A DNA stretch of 64,000 bases, taken from NCBI GenBank assembly GCA_963716255.1, contig OY970303.1, positions 160,001 through 224,000 of the forward strand. The letters run 5' to 3'. This document shows positions 62,962 to 64,000 of this stretch, in pieces. Source of the DNA: an uncultured Gemmatimonadales bacterium. GTDB taxonomy: Bacteria > Gemmatimonadota > Gemmatimonadetes > Longimicrobiales > Longimicrobiaceae. Positions within the stretch are counted from its first letter, which is position 1; every line of letters begins with the position of its first letter. The position numbers were made by a program, and so were the translations under genes. The notes beneath the pieces are model-generated. The model did no database searches. It worked only from the letters and a program-made list of their open reading frames with translations, and was not told the DNA's origin.

Positions 62962-63291
62962 TCAGTGCCCCGCGGGGCCGGCGCTCAGCCGCAGCCCCAC
63001 GATGCCGGCGATCACCAGGGCGATGCTCGCCAGGCGCAGCGTGCTCGCGGGCTCGCGGAAGAGCACGATGCCGAGCGCCGCCGCGCCCACCGCCCCGATC
63101 CCGGTCCACACCGCGTAGCCGGTGCCGATGGGGATGGTGCGCAGCGCCTGAGAGAGCAGCGCGAAGCTGGCGACCATCGCCGCCGCCGTGCCCACGCTTG
63201 GCCAGGGGCGCGTGAAGCCCTCAGTGTACTTGAGCCCGATGGCCCACGCCACCTCCAGCAGCCCGGCGAGAAAAAGGTAGGTCCACGCCAT
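62962..63291 (-). CDS. sugE: SMR efflux transporter SugE/Gdx
   Basis: MAW...[31 protein letters not shown]. Confidence 0.9.
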   Translation of the reverse strand: MAWTYLFLAGLLEVAWAIGLKYTEGFTRPWPSVGTAAAMVASFALLSQALRTIPIGTGYAVWTGIGAVGAAALGIVLFREPASTLRLASIALVIAGIVGLRLSAGPAGH

Positions 63292-63360
63292 CGGTACGAC
63301 CCTGGTCTGGTGACTGGCCGGCCCTTGGCGGCCGGGGCCGGAGCGGGTCCCCGCGCCCGT

Positions 63361-63948
63361 CTACCCGGAGTGCTCCGCGAGGTAGCGCGCGAGCGCCGCG
63401 GCCTCGTCGCGCAGCGGATCGGGCGCAGCGGCGGGCGCTGGCGCGAGCGCGGCCTTCATCGCCGCGACCACGGCGGCGAGCAGGAGCAGCGAGCCCGCGA
63501 ACCGGATTCCCTGCGCGATCGCCTGGTCGCTTTCCAGCAGCCCGAGCGTGCCCAGAAGGTACGCCCAGTCGTGCTGCGTGCCGTCGCCGCCGACCAGCGG
63601 GAGCTCGCGCGCCCGCGCGTCGGCCAGGTAGCGCGCGACGTTGAACAGGCTCTCCCCCAGCCACGCCAGCGACACCGCCGCGGCGAACGGCTGCCGCGCG
63701 CGGCCGAAGTGGACCGCGAAGGCGAGCGGGAAGAGCAGCTGCATCAGCGTGCCGCCCAGCGCGGTCACGAACTCGCCGCCGAAGATGCCGAAGACGGGGT
63801 GCCCGGCCTCGTGCAGCAGCAGGTTGACCCCGTCGACGAAGCGCCATGCGTCGGGATCGCGGACGACGGACACGGCCCACACGCCGAGCAGGACGACGCC
63901 GGCCCAGCGGAGCGGCCGCGAAGCGGCGAGCGAGAGCGGAAGATTCAA
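63361..63948 (-). CDS. Membrane protein with HExxH (M50B-like)
   Basis: LLHEAGH, GGTLMQL, HDWAYLL; several TM segments. Confidence 0.7.
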   Translation of the reverse strand: MNLPLSLAASRPLRWAGVVLLGVWAVSVVRDPDAWRFVDGVNLLLHEAGHPVFGIFGGEFVTALGGTLMQLLFPLAFAVHFGRARQPFAAAVSLAWLGESLFNVARYLADARARELPLVGGDGTQHDWAYLLGTLGLLESDQAIAQGIRFAGSLLLLAAVVAAMKAALAPAPAAAPDPLRDEAAALARYLAEHSG

Positions 63949-64000
63949 CGGAGTGGCCGAAGCGGAAGGATGCCGAGGACGTAAAAGGGGTTTGTTCCCA

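Noticed and set aside
63292..63360. Guanidine riboswitch upstream of sugE
   Set aside because: Expected from the gene family, but there are no paired ACGR-loop hairpins or complete ykkC-III pseudoknot on the sense strand, only a GGGTCGTACC fragment; a cmscan would settle it

Overview
High-GC bacterial chromosome segment. Gene content (SusC/SusD-type pairs, BNR/VPS10 and 6-bladed propeller lipoproteins, transmembrane BTAD regulator) suggests Gemmatimonadota/Longimicrobium-like, which is an inference only. Most of the window is housekeeping and envelope genes: lon (partial), rpsU, guaB, psd, tsaC/Sua5, ppk2, hbd, thiolase, an FtsH paralogue, pyrD, sugE, many peptidases, two SusC/SusD-like pairs and one more TonB-dependent receptor. 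No rRNA, tRNA, CRISPR array or transposase was seen. Highlights: (1) A divergent gene pair in which a membrane-anchored SARP/BTAD activator carries an extracytoplasmic ~200-aa domain about 47% identical (hand count, no gaps) to the N-terminal domain of the neighbouring secreted M23 peptidase. Five heptamer repeats at exact 11-bp period sit 8 nt upstream of the peptidase -10 box. (2) Ten copies of a ~130-nt intergenic element with strong base-pair covariation around invariant loops, often in mosaics with three other repeat families. (3) A lower-GC islet with a secreted Cys-rich peptide, a degenerate thioredoxin-fold protein and a beta-propeller lipoprotein, next to an orphan radical SAM enzyme. 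(4) A lower-GC DUF4062/TIR-like + TPR gene, a candidate defence protein. All family assignments come from motif recognition by eye, not from database searches.
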